Below, in pieces: positions 43,765 to 57,849 of a stretch of DNA of 64,000 nt. The number at the start of each line of letters is the position of its first letter. Position 1 is the stretch's first letter. The notes beneath the pieces were generated by a model, which worked only from the letters and a program-made list of their open reading frames with translations, was not told the DNA's origin and searched no databases. Made by a program: the position numbers and the translations under genes. Origin of the DNA: Octopus sinensis (Eukaryota); NCBI RefSeq assembly GCF_006345805.1, contig NC_043001.1:38378001-38442000 (forward strand), given 5' to 3'.

Positions 43765-44120
43765 GGCACAGGAGTGGCTGTGAGGTAAGAAGCTTGCTTC
43801 CCAGCTACATGGTTCCGGGTTCAGTCCCACTGCGTGGCACTTTGGGCAAGTGTCTTCTATTGTAGCCTTGTCTTCTACTAAAGCCTTGTGAGTGGATTTG
43901 GTAGATTGAAGCTGAAAGAAGCCCGTCGTATATATTGTGAGTCTGTGTTTGTTTCTTCACCATCATCTGACTACCGATGTCGGTGTGTTTACGTCCCGTA
44001 ACTTAGCGGTTCGACAAAAGAGAACGATAGAATAAGTACTAAGCTTACAAAAATAAGTCCTAGGGTCGATTTGTTCAACCGCAGTCATATGACTGAAACA
44101 AGTACAAGAATAAAAGAATA
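43765..44120 (+). mobile_element. SINE family A, near full length
   Basis: tRNA-like head, family body and AAAAGAAT tail. Confidence 0.85.
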
Positions 44121-44139
44121 TGTATACATATATACACAT

Positions 44140-44658
44140 GATGAGGTTGGCGCGGGTGGTCCTGTCCAACCTTCACTTGAGTACATCCCTTATGCCATTA
44201 AACGCCTCCCATCCGGCCCTTACTCTCCGTGAGATCTCCTTTTCGATATCTCGGCACATATTCACTTCCTGTCCCAGGTAGACATATTCCTTTACCTCCT
44301 CTATTTCATCACTGCCGATCACCATTCGACCTGTTGGTACGTTGTCTGACCGCATGAACTTCGTTTTCATGCGGTTCATCTTGGGACCTACTGCAGAGCT
44401 TTTGATGTCGAGCTCCGTCAGCATGGTCTGAAGCTGATCCGTGGTTTCAGCGATGAGTACGATGTCGTCAGCGAAACGGAGGTGGGTGACACCGCGCAGT
44501 TGTCGAGCGGAAACGACCACCCGGAAGGCCTCCACGGAGGACGATTGGGATCACGTGGATGAGAAAAGCGCGATCCAGAGGGGAGTGTACAGCGTGCTGT
44601 GACCAGCGGCGTCAAATGGACGCCTGACGGACTGGTCGGTCAAGGTGATCAAGGTGAT
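44140..44658. mobile_element. RTE LINE fragment with internal inversion
   Basis: Minus strand 44180-44500 has HLRFADD..KTKFM..YVYLGQ..EISRRV. Plus strand 44510-44658 has RPPGRPP..TWMRKAR..* and a (CAAGGTGAT)2 tail. Confidence 0.75.
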
Positions 44659-45026
44659 ATACACATATGTGTATATAATTTATGTATTACGTAAATATAT
44701 CTTTATGTATGTATATAATTAATATATCTACAAAACTGGTGATTACAGTCCTTCTCATTGCATATCAAAACAAATACACAGAATTCTGTTTTATACTCCC
44801 GATAAAGATTTTTGTTTTTAGTGGCAGTGTAATCGATATAATTACATTTTTCCCGTTGCTTTTACGATATGTACCTGATAATGCTGTTGTTAACTCCTAG
44901 CCATACGATGTCACTCCCAGTGAAAGTACATATTTCTAACGGGAATACAAAATATCATTCTAAGTATGTCTTGATATGCTGCGACCATATATATATATTG
45001 TTATATTTCGGAATTTAAACGTATAT

Positions 45027-45106
<80 letters not shown>

Positions 45107-45129
45107 CATACATACATGCACACACATCT

Positions 45130-46930
45130 ACGTATGTCTTTTCTGTTTTTAATCATTTAAATTCTTCCTCTGAAGAAGGACCTGGTTTCCAACAAAGATA
45201 TATAAAGCTCCATCTTTGGAATGTAGATAACAAAAAGCAATGTCAAATTTTAAACCTGAGAAAAGGCTTGCATAGTTTTACTGTCCTGCACACAGATTGT
45301 GTTTGTAATGTGCGAATCAGTCGGTTGGTTTCTTTTTCTGAAAATCCCAGATTATCCAGACTGTCAATTAGACATTTACTTACAAAACCAAGTGCTCTAA
45401 TTATTATTGGTATAAAAGTAAATTTGTAATCTGGATATTGAAACTGGAGGTTTCGAAGCAGTTGTTCATAGTTGTCTTTTTTCTCTTTGATTTTCAAAGA
45501 AATATTCACATCCACAGGACAGCTGACTTTTATCACGATATATACTTTTCTTATCTGTCTCAAACAACAATATCCGGCCTGTTATGTTTACACTTGACAG
45601 ATGTTTTGATGGGAATTTTCCACCAGTATTCCTTGTGCTGATATTTGTGTACATATTCAATAACAGGGGGATTCTCTATATTTATTCCAAGACAGTCTTT
45701 TTTCCTGAAGGCATTGTATATTGTTTTTGCGACAGCGTCATTTTGCCTTAGAAGTGTGATGTTATGTGTCGGTCACAAGTTCAAGAGAGGATTCGCTTCA
45801 TGTCAACGTTACTACTTTCTTCAAATCTTTAGAAAACATACCCATGCATGGTTTTTTCTTTTGGTATGCTGAGCGTTTCGCCTCCTGATCTTCTTTGAGG
45901 TATGCTAGTCGGCTGATTAGAGGTCATCAAGAAGAGAGTATATCCTAAGGAGCTCACTTCCAACACGTAGAATATTGTTTTCTTCACTTTTCAGCACTAA
46001 GTTAATGTATCTGTTTTGGCTGTTGTTGTTTAGCAAGTTCTGTTTGAGAGAGACTGTACCACATTCGAAAGCTGCCTGTACTGATCTGAAGCCTCTACCA
46101 CCTTTATCACTTCTTAGGTAGAGCCTGTTAACATCACTATTTTTGTGGAGATTTCCAGTTGATGTTAGAATCTTGCGAATTTTAATGTATATGGAATGAA
46201 TTTCTTCAACAGACCAGTAAAGTACCCCAAATGTTGCAGTCAGCATTGTGGGATATTGTCTTGTTGTAAGAGGAGAGTTCAGACAGTCATATTTTCTTTA
46301 GTCTGATGTAGTATTCATGGCTCACTCTATCTTTATTTACTGTACCTTGGTATGATACATTTTCATCAATGCCAAGGTACTTGTATCATTCTTTGTGTGG
46401 GGCAGGAGTGATAGTGAGGTCATTGAGGCAAAGGTTTTATGTCTGGGCGACTGATTTCCCCTCGTTCAACAATTACATGAGAACTTTCCTTTTGGTCAAA
46501 TTCCATTCATATGTCAGCCGAAAATGTTATTAATTCCAGTTACTTTTTGGCATTGCTAACACTTTTAGCATAAATCATAAGGTTACCCACAAAGAAATTA
46601 TGGGTTATATTAATATCTCTTGCAGTTGCAGACCCTATCATATAGCCATTTTTTTGTAACAAGACTGATAATGGGTTTAATGCCAAAATGAACTGAAGTA
46701 CAGAGAGACTATCTTACTGGAATACTCCCTTTGGAATCTTTATGGCATTGGAGACGATCATTTCACTCGCTGTTTTAAGTGTGGGCATTGTGACTCAAGT
46801 CTTTGTGACCCTCTCAATGGTAGCAATTAAGGTAACGGGCACTTTTGCCAAATGGAGATACTTCAGCAGCCATGATTGGGTAATACAGTCGAATGCTGCC
46901 TGTAATCAAGCCATACTGTTGTAAGACTTC
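45130..46930 (-). mobile_element. R4/Dong-like LINE, 5'-truncated (RT, thumb, endonuclease)
   Basis: AAFDCITQSW, GVFQ*DSLS, NSDVNRLYL..DKGGRG, HNRPDIVV, VSCPVDVNI, and IPIIIRALG. Confidence 0.85.
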
Positions 46931-47084
46931 TACAATATTTTTTCACCCCAGACAAAATGTATGTATGTATGTATGTATGTATGTATGTATGTATGTATGT
47001 ATGTATGTATGTATGTATGTATGTATGCATGTATGTATGTATGTATGTATGTATGTATGTATGTATGTATGTATTAGGTTGGAA

Positions 47085-47826
47085 TATTGGAGGGCTCTCG
47101 GTGTGAAAGTATAGAAGCTCTTGTGTTAAAGCAAAGGCTCAGATGGAGTGGTCATCTGGTCAGAATGAAGGATTCAAGGATGCCAAAACAACTCTTTTAT
47201 GGAGAGTTAGCTAAAGTAGAACGACCTCCACATAAACCAAAAAAGAGGTATAAGGACTTGCTGAAGGCATCCTTAAGAGATGCTTGCATCTCTCCTGACA
47301 CATGGGAAGGCATAGCTATTGATCGTTGCAGGTGGAGAAGGACTGTGATTGAGGGGACAGCCACTTTTGAGAAATCTCGAGTTGCACATAAGAAAGTAAG
47401 GAGGGATGTCAGGAAGGGCATCGCTGTTACACTTCCAAAAGGGAAGGGTCTTCCTTTGATTCTGACATGCAATGTCTGCAAGACCCTGCCTCAGTAAAGC
47501 TGGACTCATGAGTCATCTTCGTAGTCATAAAACGAGACAGATGAGTGACAACCTGGTCACTGGTGGTGCTGTAACACACCATACTAATCATATCTGTCGG
47601 GCATGTGGAAGAGAGTGTAATTCGGCAGGAGGACTTAAACGACATGCAAAGGTACATGAAGCCCAGTTAAACTACAGTCGGCTATTACCAGTAAAGGTTT
47701 TAGTTGCTAATTTTGTACAAAACATTGTAGATCTTTAGCTGGGCTAAAAAGTCACATTCAATCACAGCACCAGTAACAGTTAAGTTTCGTGCAATGGCCA
47801 TACTCGATAACGAGGGGGCAGCCATA
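47085..47826 (+). mobile_element. RTE (BovB-like) LINE 3' fragment with 12-bp TSD
   Basis: LRWSGHLVRM..RMPKQLFYGEL..KKRYKD plus C2H2 motifs. ATTAGGTTGGAA at 47073-47084 and 47827-47838. Confidence 0.85.
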
Positions 47827-48024
47827 ATTAGGTTGGAAAGAAAGTCCTGTCACATTCACATTTTCACCTAATCCCCTTGAGGGTCCTTTTCAATTCATAC
47901 AGAGAAATAAGCGTTAATTTTTGCATTTTGTTTTCTTTCTTTGCAGATTACTTAAGGAAGAACCACTAAAATATACTTTAGTGGTTAACATCATTTATAC
48001 GTACACATACACATACAAGCACAC

Positions 48025-48055
<31 letters not shown>

Positions 48056-48868
48056 TGTATGTATGTATGTATGTATGTATGTATGTATGTATGTATGTAT
48101 GATGCATTCTGGCGAGCGTTTGGCCCTGCCGTGAGTTTGAAATTAAAGGCTTATGAATATTAGTTGCGTTATACATACTTGCGTTCGTATAATTATTGGC
48201 TCTATCAGAAGCACTGCCACCTAGGCGGTTTTCTGCCAGTCACTAAACAATATTTATAAATTTGATCCTAATTTATCCCAACTTTTGTTATTTTTCTGAT
48301 ATGCTTCGTCTAATTTTCCTTCGTATCCCTTACTCGTCCAATAGCACTCGCTTAGTAAATTTACAGTTATAGCAAGCGCTCAAAAACAATGTTTGACTTT
48401 ATGAAGAAAGCAGATATTGTGTTTAATTTTAATATACATATAAAGAGATTTCGTGACTTTGCATGACAGTGAACTGGAATGCACACCTAGTGTATACTAG
48501 AACAAAATCATACTGAAAATCTTACTGCAGATTCAAACTTATTATTTGCTCTGCCTTACTTTTCCGTCGATGTACATATCTGTACATTTTAGCATTAATT
48601 ACCTACATAGACATACAATTACTGATGTACAGAGATGGAAAATGGTATTTTTTAAATTTCCGTTCATCATATCAATTACGATAACATGAACTGTGATTTT
48701 AGCAAAGGAATTAAATATCGGAAGCTTTCCCTTTCTTGAAAAGCACCTAACAAATATGAACGGGTACTGAAATCAGCGTAAAGTGGCTGAAGCTGGGCTG
48801 GACTTTAATTTAAAGAAGTGTTTTTTCTGGCTTGTCTGTAGAATGTAACGTCATGGTGGAAGAAAGTA

Positions 48869-48903
<35 letters not shown>

Positions 48904-49301
48904 AGAGAGAAAGAGAGGGAGAGAGAGAGAGAGAGGGGATGGAGAGGGGGGAGAAAAGAAAAGACACCAAATCGGAATACTATTACTATCTCGCAGTGAA
49001 TTAAAATTACCTTTCTGTAGCTGAAATCTTCAATAATAAAAAAAACAAGTTTAAAACCTCATTTTGATAAAAAAAGAAATTGTATCAAAATTAAAATTTT
49101 AAAGAATTTTCTGCACTCTATAAATTTTAATAATTGCTTTTTGAAGTAAAATTTACATAAACTGAACTAATTAATAAGCAATTTTCTTTATTATAGTATC
49201 GATAAACATTTACATATTTGTATGTATGTATACATACATACTTATAATCATATATACATACACGCATATAAACACACACACACATATATATATATATATA
49301 T

Positions 49302-49372
<71 letters not shown>

Positions 49373-49860
49373 ATATATGTATGTATATATGCATGTATGT
49401 GTGTATGTATGTATGCATATATATATATATATATATATATGCACATACATATATAAGCTTATCATTCAGAGTTTCATTCGCCCCCTGAGTCAATCCTCAG
49501 ATGCGATAGTGGGGAGAGTAAGTGCAAAGTCGGAAGATAGTAGAGCAGGAAAATGATACAACACAATTCCTGCTATATGGAACAAACTTAGTAGGATTTG
49601 AAACTCCGAACATAAACACCGTAACGAAATATTGCATGGTACAATGTCAGGCGCTTTAACGTCAAAATCAGGAACGGTAATTGAATTCTACCCACTTCAA
49701 TAAAGATTATAAAATCTATTTTCTATACTAAATTTAATTTACATTAAAATACAAGACAACTTAAATGCATTGTTATGTCACTGATAACATGGATAGACGG
49801 CGATAAGTGTGTCAATGAAATAAACAGCGAAATCTAGTTAGTATAGATAGTAACTTTAGA

Positions 49861-49894
<34 letters not shown>

Positions 49895-50507
49895 ACATGA
49901 TAGCACCTATTGGGAGCGAACGCATATGCTTTGGTACTTAAGGGAATCTATTTTTTAAAACTCAACAGGCTGTTAGACACGGTGCTGACGATGTCGATTC
50001 CGTGTATTTTGCTTCAGCCGACAGCTGATAGGTTTAGTTCAGATGATGTCAACATAAAATTATCGATATCTTTTCTCCCGTGGGAAACAGTACAGCCATT
50101 AATGACATTGGCATTGATTGCACTCCGCTGGAACTAGATATGTTTTGTGTAAGTTCCACAACGGTTTAACAATATTTGAATTGTTATCAGTTGATATGTT
50201 TTTTTACTTATATTTGTTCCGGACACTGAAAGGTGTCAAATACATTTAGATAATATATAAATATAAAGCAAATAAAAAATAACCCTGCCCACGAATGCTA
50301 AAAAACGGAATATGGATGTATTTCTTGTCATACACAAATAGATTCGTGAAAGTTCCATATCAACAATTTACAATTAACATCCTCGTAAATGCAAACATTT
50401 TTCGTTTTCTTCATCCCTTCCATTTTGCTCCCACTCATTTTTTTCACTCGTTCTTTATATCTTTCATTATTTCTGTGTGTGTGTGTGTGTGTGTGCGTAT
50501 GTGAGTT

Positions 50508-50587
<80 letters not shown>

Positions 50588-50598
50588 CACATACATAC

Positions 50599-50723
<125 letters not shown>

Positions 50724-52196
50724 ATATATCAAGGTCTGTGAACAGGTCACCAGGATATAGTGAAAGACTATAATGATAACGACCAAATATTATGACAATC
50801 AGTTAAAAAATGCAAGATATAGACACATACATCTGCACACACACTTGCATGAGCGCGCGCACACACGCATAAGCGAGCACGCACCATCAAAACAAAAATT
50901 TTCTAGTTAATGGAGGAAGGGAGACCTATGAACTTCGCAAGTTTACCCAGTCGTGTTAGGTTGATGAGGTTGATGCTCATTTAGAATTTCACGAAGGTGA
51001 TACTTGTGAGAAAAATGTGGGGAGTGAAAGAATTCAAGAGGACTGATGCGTTACTGACGAAGAACTTAATTAAGTTCTAGGTGCAGATTTTAGGACAGAG
51101 GTGGCGTAGATATATTGAAAAGCGAATGTATTATGTGGACCAGATCAAATGTGTTACGCAAATTGCTAGTTCACCAGAATAGACATAGTTGTAGAACAGA
51201 AAAACAAGGGGTGATAACAGATGTATGGGCTAATACTCGTAGCGTACTAGCCAGATAGCATACTTGTATGTGCAGTAACGCTAGTGTTTTGTGGAACTTA
51301 ACTTGAAATTTATTGATGATCAACAAATGATTAAAAATGAAAATTTAATATTCGAGAAGAGCAAGTTTAGTTTTTGAGTAGCAACTTTGCCAATGCTATA
51401 TATGTGAGGTTGCCATGAAAAATCATTAGATATTGTGAGGCAGAGCATTCACAACGGTACTGTCGGTTTAATAGTGTACTGTTTATGTAGATTGAATGTA
51501 TAGCTTGATAGTTTCCTTCAGATATAGAACAACAATGTCTTTGTATTATTGGATAAGCTGCCATGTCCCTAATGAAGAATTTTATTAGATCTCTATTCAT
51601 GGAAGCAATTCAAGTCAGACCTTCTTTCATGCAGACATAGATCTAAAAATGTTCAAGGTGATCAACAATCATTAATTAATCTTACTAGTTAAGGCTGGTT
51701 TGGAAATGATATGGCTATTGAGTCAACTTCCTCTGACATTTATGAACTCAGTCTGCTTTGGAGTATATGTTGTTAGAAGAGCGAGATGGAAACCGATGAA
51801 GAGAAGAAAATTATTGAAGATGTTATTAAATAAGAGATGCCTACTACTGATTGATAGCATGTAAGGAACTCCAGGAATTCAAAGATAAAGATGCATTGGT
51901 GTGAAATTTAGCTGGGAAAATTCCTTGGTAGACATGAAAGAAGGCTTTGTTGTTGTCAACAACCGAGCCATCACTAAAGTGCTCAAAAGTGATGCAGGGT
52001 AAAAAAAAAAAAAATCCGATAAACCCATCTTGCTGCAAATCATTCTGCAAGAAGAGAAATTCAAAGGGATAAATGATGAGATGGTTTGTAACTGCTTTGA
52101 AATTATGGAAGTGAGTGGTAGTTGATAGAATTAGAGAAGTTACTCTTCTTAAGATTAGGTCACACGATTGTGTTTTCATTGGTTGTGATTGTTATC

Positions 52197-52237
<41 letters not shown>

Positions 52238-53145
52238 AAAGAAAGAGTGAAGGAAAGAAAGAGTGAGAAAGAGAGAGAAAGAGAGAGGGAGAGAGAAGTA
52301 GATAAGTGATCGTCAGGGAGAACATCAAGACTAATGGAAAAATATCCTCATGATCGTTACCTTGTTGTGTTAGGATCATCTGAAACTGAGCACATGACGG
52401 TGAACTAGGTGAAATGTAGCCGGATAATATTGAGTTTGTAGCAGCTATTAGGCAGTGGGTAGGTGACACTATGAGGGAAGAGAAGTTAACGGTTGGGTTC
52501 AGAAGTGAGAAAAGAGCAAAAGTATTTTGAAATCGGTGTCATCCAGGAATGAAGAAGGTGATGTGTCTAACAGGTGTTGACTGAACAGAATAGCAAACAA
52601 CTCTTTCTCTATACTAGCAACGTAGGCTGAGAAGTCATCTCCATGGCAAGATGGGTAGTGCGTACCAAGGCTTCAGAAAACCAAGCCAATGCGGGGATAT
52701 CTGTCTCTATCTGGTCTAAAAGAGAAATTGATGGTTCTATCAGAAATAGCAGCCAAACACCTTTCAGATCACACTCTACCGTCTTTGAGGTGGGAAAAAC
52801 ATGAGATAATTTAAGAGGTATTTATAAACGATGTCTGAAAAGATGGAATGGTTTTAGCAAGGATGTTGTTTATCTTTGGACTGTTTGTTTGGTTTCCTCA
52901 AAAGTACTCAGTCGGTAGAGAGCCGAACTAGACACTTTAGTTTATATAATTTTGACTCTTCTGAATATTGCTTCAAATTCTGCCGAAGTTTATTATCTCT
53001 TACATCATATAAAATAGATACAAAATAATGCTCGAACATTGCATTTATTAAAAAAATATACGAAATGATTAAGTTATAAATAAGATTTATAAAAGACACT
53101 CTCAATTCTTAATTGCTAATGTATGGGGAAGTATATTTAGATTCA

Positions 53146-53368
53146 TGACGTATATTTGCCATTTAAATATGGCTAACCCCTAAGGGTGGATGCTACTGTA
53201 GTTTGTAGCCCCAGGAGGACACCTCCTCCAGCTGGCTATAGACACATTTTCTGTGCCCTATCAGTATTTGCAAAGGCCCTTTGCAAATACTGATAGGGCA
53301 CAGAAAGTGTGTCTATACCAGCTGGAGGAGGTGTCCTCCTGGGCTACGCGCGCATATATATATATATA

Positions 53369-53433
<65 letters not shown>

Positions 53434-53528
53434 GTGTGCGTGCGTGTGTATGTATATATATATATATAATATATATATTTACGTGTTGTGTATACATGTA
53501 TACTATCTATCCAATATCTATCTATCTA

Positions 53529-53584
<56 letters not shown>

Positions 53585-53956
53585 ATCTCTCTCTCTCTCT
53601 CTATCTATATATATCTATATATTATGATATATATATAATATAGATAGATATGATAGATAGATAGATAGATAGATAGATGATAGATAGATAGATAATATAG
53701 ATAGAGATAGATAGATAGATATGTTTCTTTATTAGCCCCCAGGGCTGCACACAGACGGACAAATTACAAGGTAGAGCTTTTCTTTTTGGGGATAAAAAAA
53801 GGGGGTTTGGTTTTCGATCAAAGGCCCTTTGCAAGTACTGATAGGGCACAGAAAATGTGTCTATAGCCAGCTGGAGGAGGTGTCCTCCTGGGGCTACAAA
53901 CTACAGTAGCATCCACCCTTAGGGGTTAGCCATATTTAAATGGCAAATATACGTCA
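53146..53956. repeat. Interrupted fold-back element (~130-bp arms) with a duplicated inner arm segment
   Basis: 53146-53276 is the reverse complement of ~53826-53956 (about 1 mismatch). 53271-53347 is directly repeated at 53819-53897. Confidence 0.9.
53721..53824 (-). mobile_element. Tx1-like LINE 3'UTR tip with (TATC)n tail
   Basis: Reverse complement of the GATCG..AAAAGAAAAGCTCTACCTTGTAATTTGTC..TGTGTGCAGCCC..AATAAAGAAAC end of 16051-18559. Confidence 0.85.
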
Positions 53957-54993
53957 CGATGTGTTGCAGCTACTGTTTGTAACTCGCTCTAAGATTTATT
54001 ATATTTAGATTCATAATGTTAAATAAACCAATTTAAAAAATCTTAAAACTAAACAGTTTGAAAATTGTAACAACATTATTAACAAAATACAGTGTATCCA
54101 GGTGACCAAACTGTTATTTGTCTTCAGTTTTACGAATTAAATCACTCTGTAATACTGCACAAAGCAGTAAGAGCCACATTAAAATGAAAAAAATATATTT
54201 CTTTCGCTATGCCCTGAGGTACAATATTGTTTATATGTTCATAAATATGTATAGAATGATCACGCGTAAGCAAAATCTTTAAGATGCATAATCCTTTTCA
54301 CTATCGGATGTGTTGATTTCTGATGAGCTAGATTCATTGTTTATGTGAGCACTAGTGAGTTGTATTTATGCTCTTGGCAAACTCGCAACTGAATAGATTA
54401 AAAACAGGTATGCATCATACGAGACATAACTACCTGGAGAATGTAATAGACTATCAGTAAAGTATATTACTCCCGAGATATTATGATAGCATCATAAAAA
54501 AATTTTTATGTTTTAATATAGAACAGAAATGGTATGATTTGCTTCAACTTGAGAGTTAACATCTAAATGATCGTTGTATCTTGGGACAATCATTCTGCCA
54601 AATTCTTCAGAGTCTTATTCGACATTACTGTAGTATCTTCAATATATACTCTGTGACAGATTTTTCGAAATGTTATTCCTAAATTGAAGGGACAACTTGA
54701 TGACATTTTTTTTGGTTTTAGACACAAAGACACCAGCTTCTAAGGAGTATAGCTAAAGGTAGAATCAATCTAATTTCATACACCCAAGGCAAAACCGATA
54801 TCGGTACGTTTTTAACATGAACGCAGTTTCTGAGTTCGTGGTTAAGAATTTCGCTTTGTATCTACGTGATTTAAAGTTCGATCTCTCTCTATGGTATGAT
54901 GAGCAACTGTGTCCTGTTATAGATTTAGATATACATAAGTAGCAGTCTTCCCCCCACATATATATGTATATGTGTGTGTCTATCTATCTAACA

Positions 54994-55084
<91 letters not shown>

Positions 55085-55376
55085 ATAACATGTGACTTCA
55101 TTGACCGAGGTTACCGCGGTCTTTTCCGTAGGCTTTTCTTTTCACGGCTAAACCTCACCTGTCCTCCCCTTCATATTGACATTTCTGTGATAACGATCCC
55201 TATTGATCAATTCCCCCCCTTTTTTTTAAATTTATCCCCCCCTTTTTGTCCTCTTTCTTTCCTTTTACGATCCCTTTTGATCGAAAACCAAACCCCCTTT
55301 TTTACCCCCAAAAGAAAAGCTCTACCTTGTAATTTGTCCTGTCTGTGTGCAGCCCTGTGTGGCTAATAAAGGAACA
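55085..55376 (+). mobile_element. Tx1-like LINE 3'UTR fragment flanked by (TATC)n
   Basis: TTGACCGAGGTTACCG..., two CGATC stem-loops and the same terminal 70 nt. Confidence 0.85.
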
Positions 55377-55959
55377 TATCTATCTATCTATCTATCTATC
55401 TATATACATATATACATACACACGCACGCACACATATGTATATATAAATATACACAGTATAAATAAATATACACAGTATATATATAATATATATATATAT
55501 ATATATGCGCGCACGTATGGGTGTAGTGTTTATATATTTATACATCCCAATTAGTTAAAAACTGATGAAGTGTCAAGAGAAGAATTAGTTACTTATTAAA
55601 TAAATTAAATTACTATCAGACTGAAATATCTACTAAGTCGGTATGATCAACTTAAAGATAAAAACTAAAAAAAAAAAATAAAAAATCCCCAAAAGTAGTG
55701 CCTCAACATGGCGGGTGTTCATTGGCTGAAACTAATAAAAGAGAAAAACAAACAAAATGTAAAAGAATTAAAAGCTGCAAAGTATTTTATTCAACTTTCT
55801 TTTCAGAAAGCGTTTTTTCAATTTCTTATATAGGTGGAAAGTCAGAAAATTTCAAAGGAGGATAAGTTCTAATTGGTTTTTATCTCAAGATTCACTATGA
55901 AACCTGGGTAAAGCCGAAACTTTTGAAGTGTGTGGTTGTGGGTGTGTGGGTGTTGTGTG

Positions 55960-56041
<82 letters not shown>

Positions 56042-56276
56042 ATGTGTGGTGTGTTGTGTGTGTGTTGTGTGTGTGTGCGTGTGTATATATATATACTTCT
56101 TTTCCACTTTTACAGAGCGTCAAGCTAATATGTTCCATTTGCACGTTCGCTTGACTTTTGTTGTTTTGTTATTTGATATTTTTATTGTTCGAGTTTTTAT
56201 TATATATATATAATATATAGATATATATATATATATGTATATATGTATATATATGTATATAATTATTTATAATATA

Positions 56277-56338
<62 letters not shown>

Positions 56339-56364
56339 ATAAAGAGAGAGAGAGAAAGAGAGAG

Positions 56365-56586
56365 CAATTACAAAAATATACATACATGTATAACATATTA
56401 TGCTTTACATATAAAATATATTAATATATAAAGATACCAGTAATTATTAAACTATAACATACAGGACTATAAATTGGGATATTTTCCTGTATGTTATATT
56501 TTAATAATTACTGGTATCTTTATATATTAATATATTTTATATGTAAAGCATAATATGTTATACATGTATGTATATTCTTGTAATTG
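56365..56586. repeat. 102-bp inverted repeat (2 mismatches, 18-nt spacer) at the edge of a Penelope-like repeat extending to ~56830
   Basis: 56365-56466 versus 56485-56586. Confidence 0.9.
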
Positions 56587-56881
56587 TCATTTTAGTAAAT
56601 AAATAAATAAGTTAACATACTAAGTCTAAAAGTTGATGAACCACCTATTGATCCCTTTCATTTTCTTATTGTTTTATATATTAATGGTAAAATATCGCTT
56701 TCCCTCACCCACTTAATACACTCGGTAATGTAATTGTAATGCAATAAAAAGCACTTTTGTATTAATAATTGTGTATTCTACCAGCAGTATATTGGATAGA
56801 TATTATCCCTTAGTTGGTTGATTCACAACCTCTTTCTTGGAATATAATATTATATATTATATATATATATTATATATATAT

Positions 56882-56915
<34 letters not shown>

Positions 56916-56922
<7 letters not shown>

Positions 56923-57081
56923 CTGTGTGTATGAAGCTTGCTTCCCAATCAAATGGTACGGGTTCAGTTCCACTACGTGGCACCTTGGGCAAGTGTCCTT
57001 CTGCTATAGCCGCGGGCCGACCAAAGCCTTGTGAGTGGGGTTGGTAGACGGAAACTGAAAGAAACCAGTCATGCATGTATA

Positions 57082-57138
<57 letters not shown>

Positions 57139-57260
57139 ATCTACTCGTGTGTGTCTTTGTGTCTATGATCCACCCTACCCCCACCGCTTGACAACCAGTG
57201 TTGGTGTCGATTCATTCGACTAAAAAATTTTTCAAGGTGGTGCATGACGACTGAAAGAAG
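56916..57260 (+). mobile_element. SINE family A, diverged
   Basis: GGGTTCAGTTCCACTACGTGGCACCTTGGGCAAGTGTC..GACGGAAACTGAAAGAA. Confidence 0.8.
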
Positions 57261-57272
57261 GAAGTCCAGATA

Positions 57273-57303
<31 letters not shown>

Positions 57304-57320
57304 TGTATGTATGATGTATG

Positions 57321-57351
<31 letters not shown>

Positions 57352-57849
57352 GTGTGTGTGTGTGTGTGTGTGTTGTGTGTGTGTGTGTGTGTGTGTGCGT
57401 GTGTTTGTTTGCACAGTTCTATTATCAGCGAACAATTCAGTTCATCCTTCAAAAGTTTCTTTTCATGTATGGCTTCATTCAACCATATAATTGCTCCAAC
57501 TTCCACATATGCTTGTGCACTCATTCGCACACGCCCATACGTATGTTTACATAAAAAACACATATACATGTATATACATATGCTCAGAAAGAAGCACACA
57601 CACACACACATCAACACTCGCATACAAATGCATGTTGGCACAGAGAAAACATAAAACACACCAACTCATAAAATCGAGCGTAAAAACAGACGCATAATTT
57701 CTTTATGGTTTTTATTTATTAATTATTGTTTTTACAAACACAATAAAAGCAGAACAGTATTTCCACTGGGAATCTTTTCCATTTATATTTCCTCTTGAAC
57801 TATGAATCAGTAGCAGTCCTCCCCACATATCTACTATCCTTAGCTAATT

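Noticed and set aside
45160-45230. CTGAAGA-A-GGAC as a possible hammerhead
   Set aside because: There is no GAAA and no matching stem I partner.
49910-50150. Plus ORF vaguely like GPCR TM2-3, and minus-strand LFPTGEKIS resembling Cys-loop receptor M1-M2
   Set aside because: Motif spacing is wrong, there are nearby stops and no further family motifs.
54940-57835. ~20-nt similarity AGTAGCAGTC(T/C)TCCCC(C)ACATAT at ~54940 and ~57810
   Set aside because: It is short and imperfect, the flanks do not align, and no element is defined between the copies.
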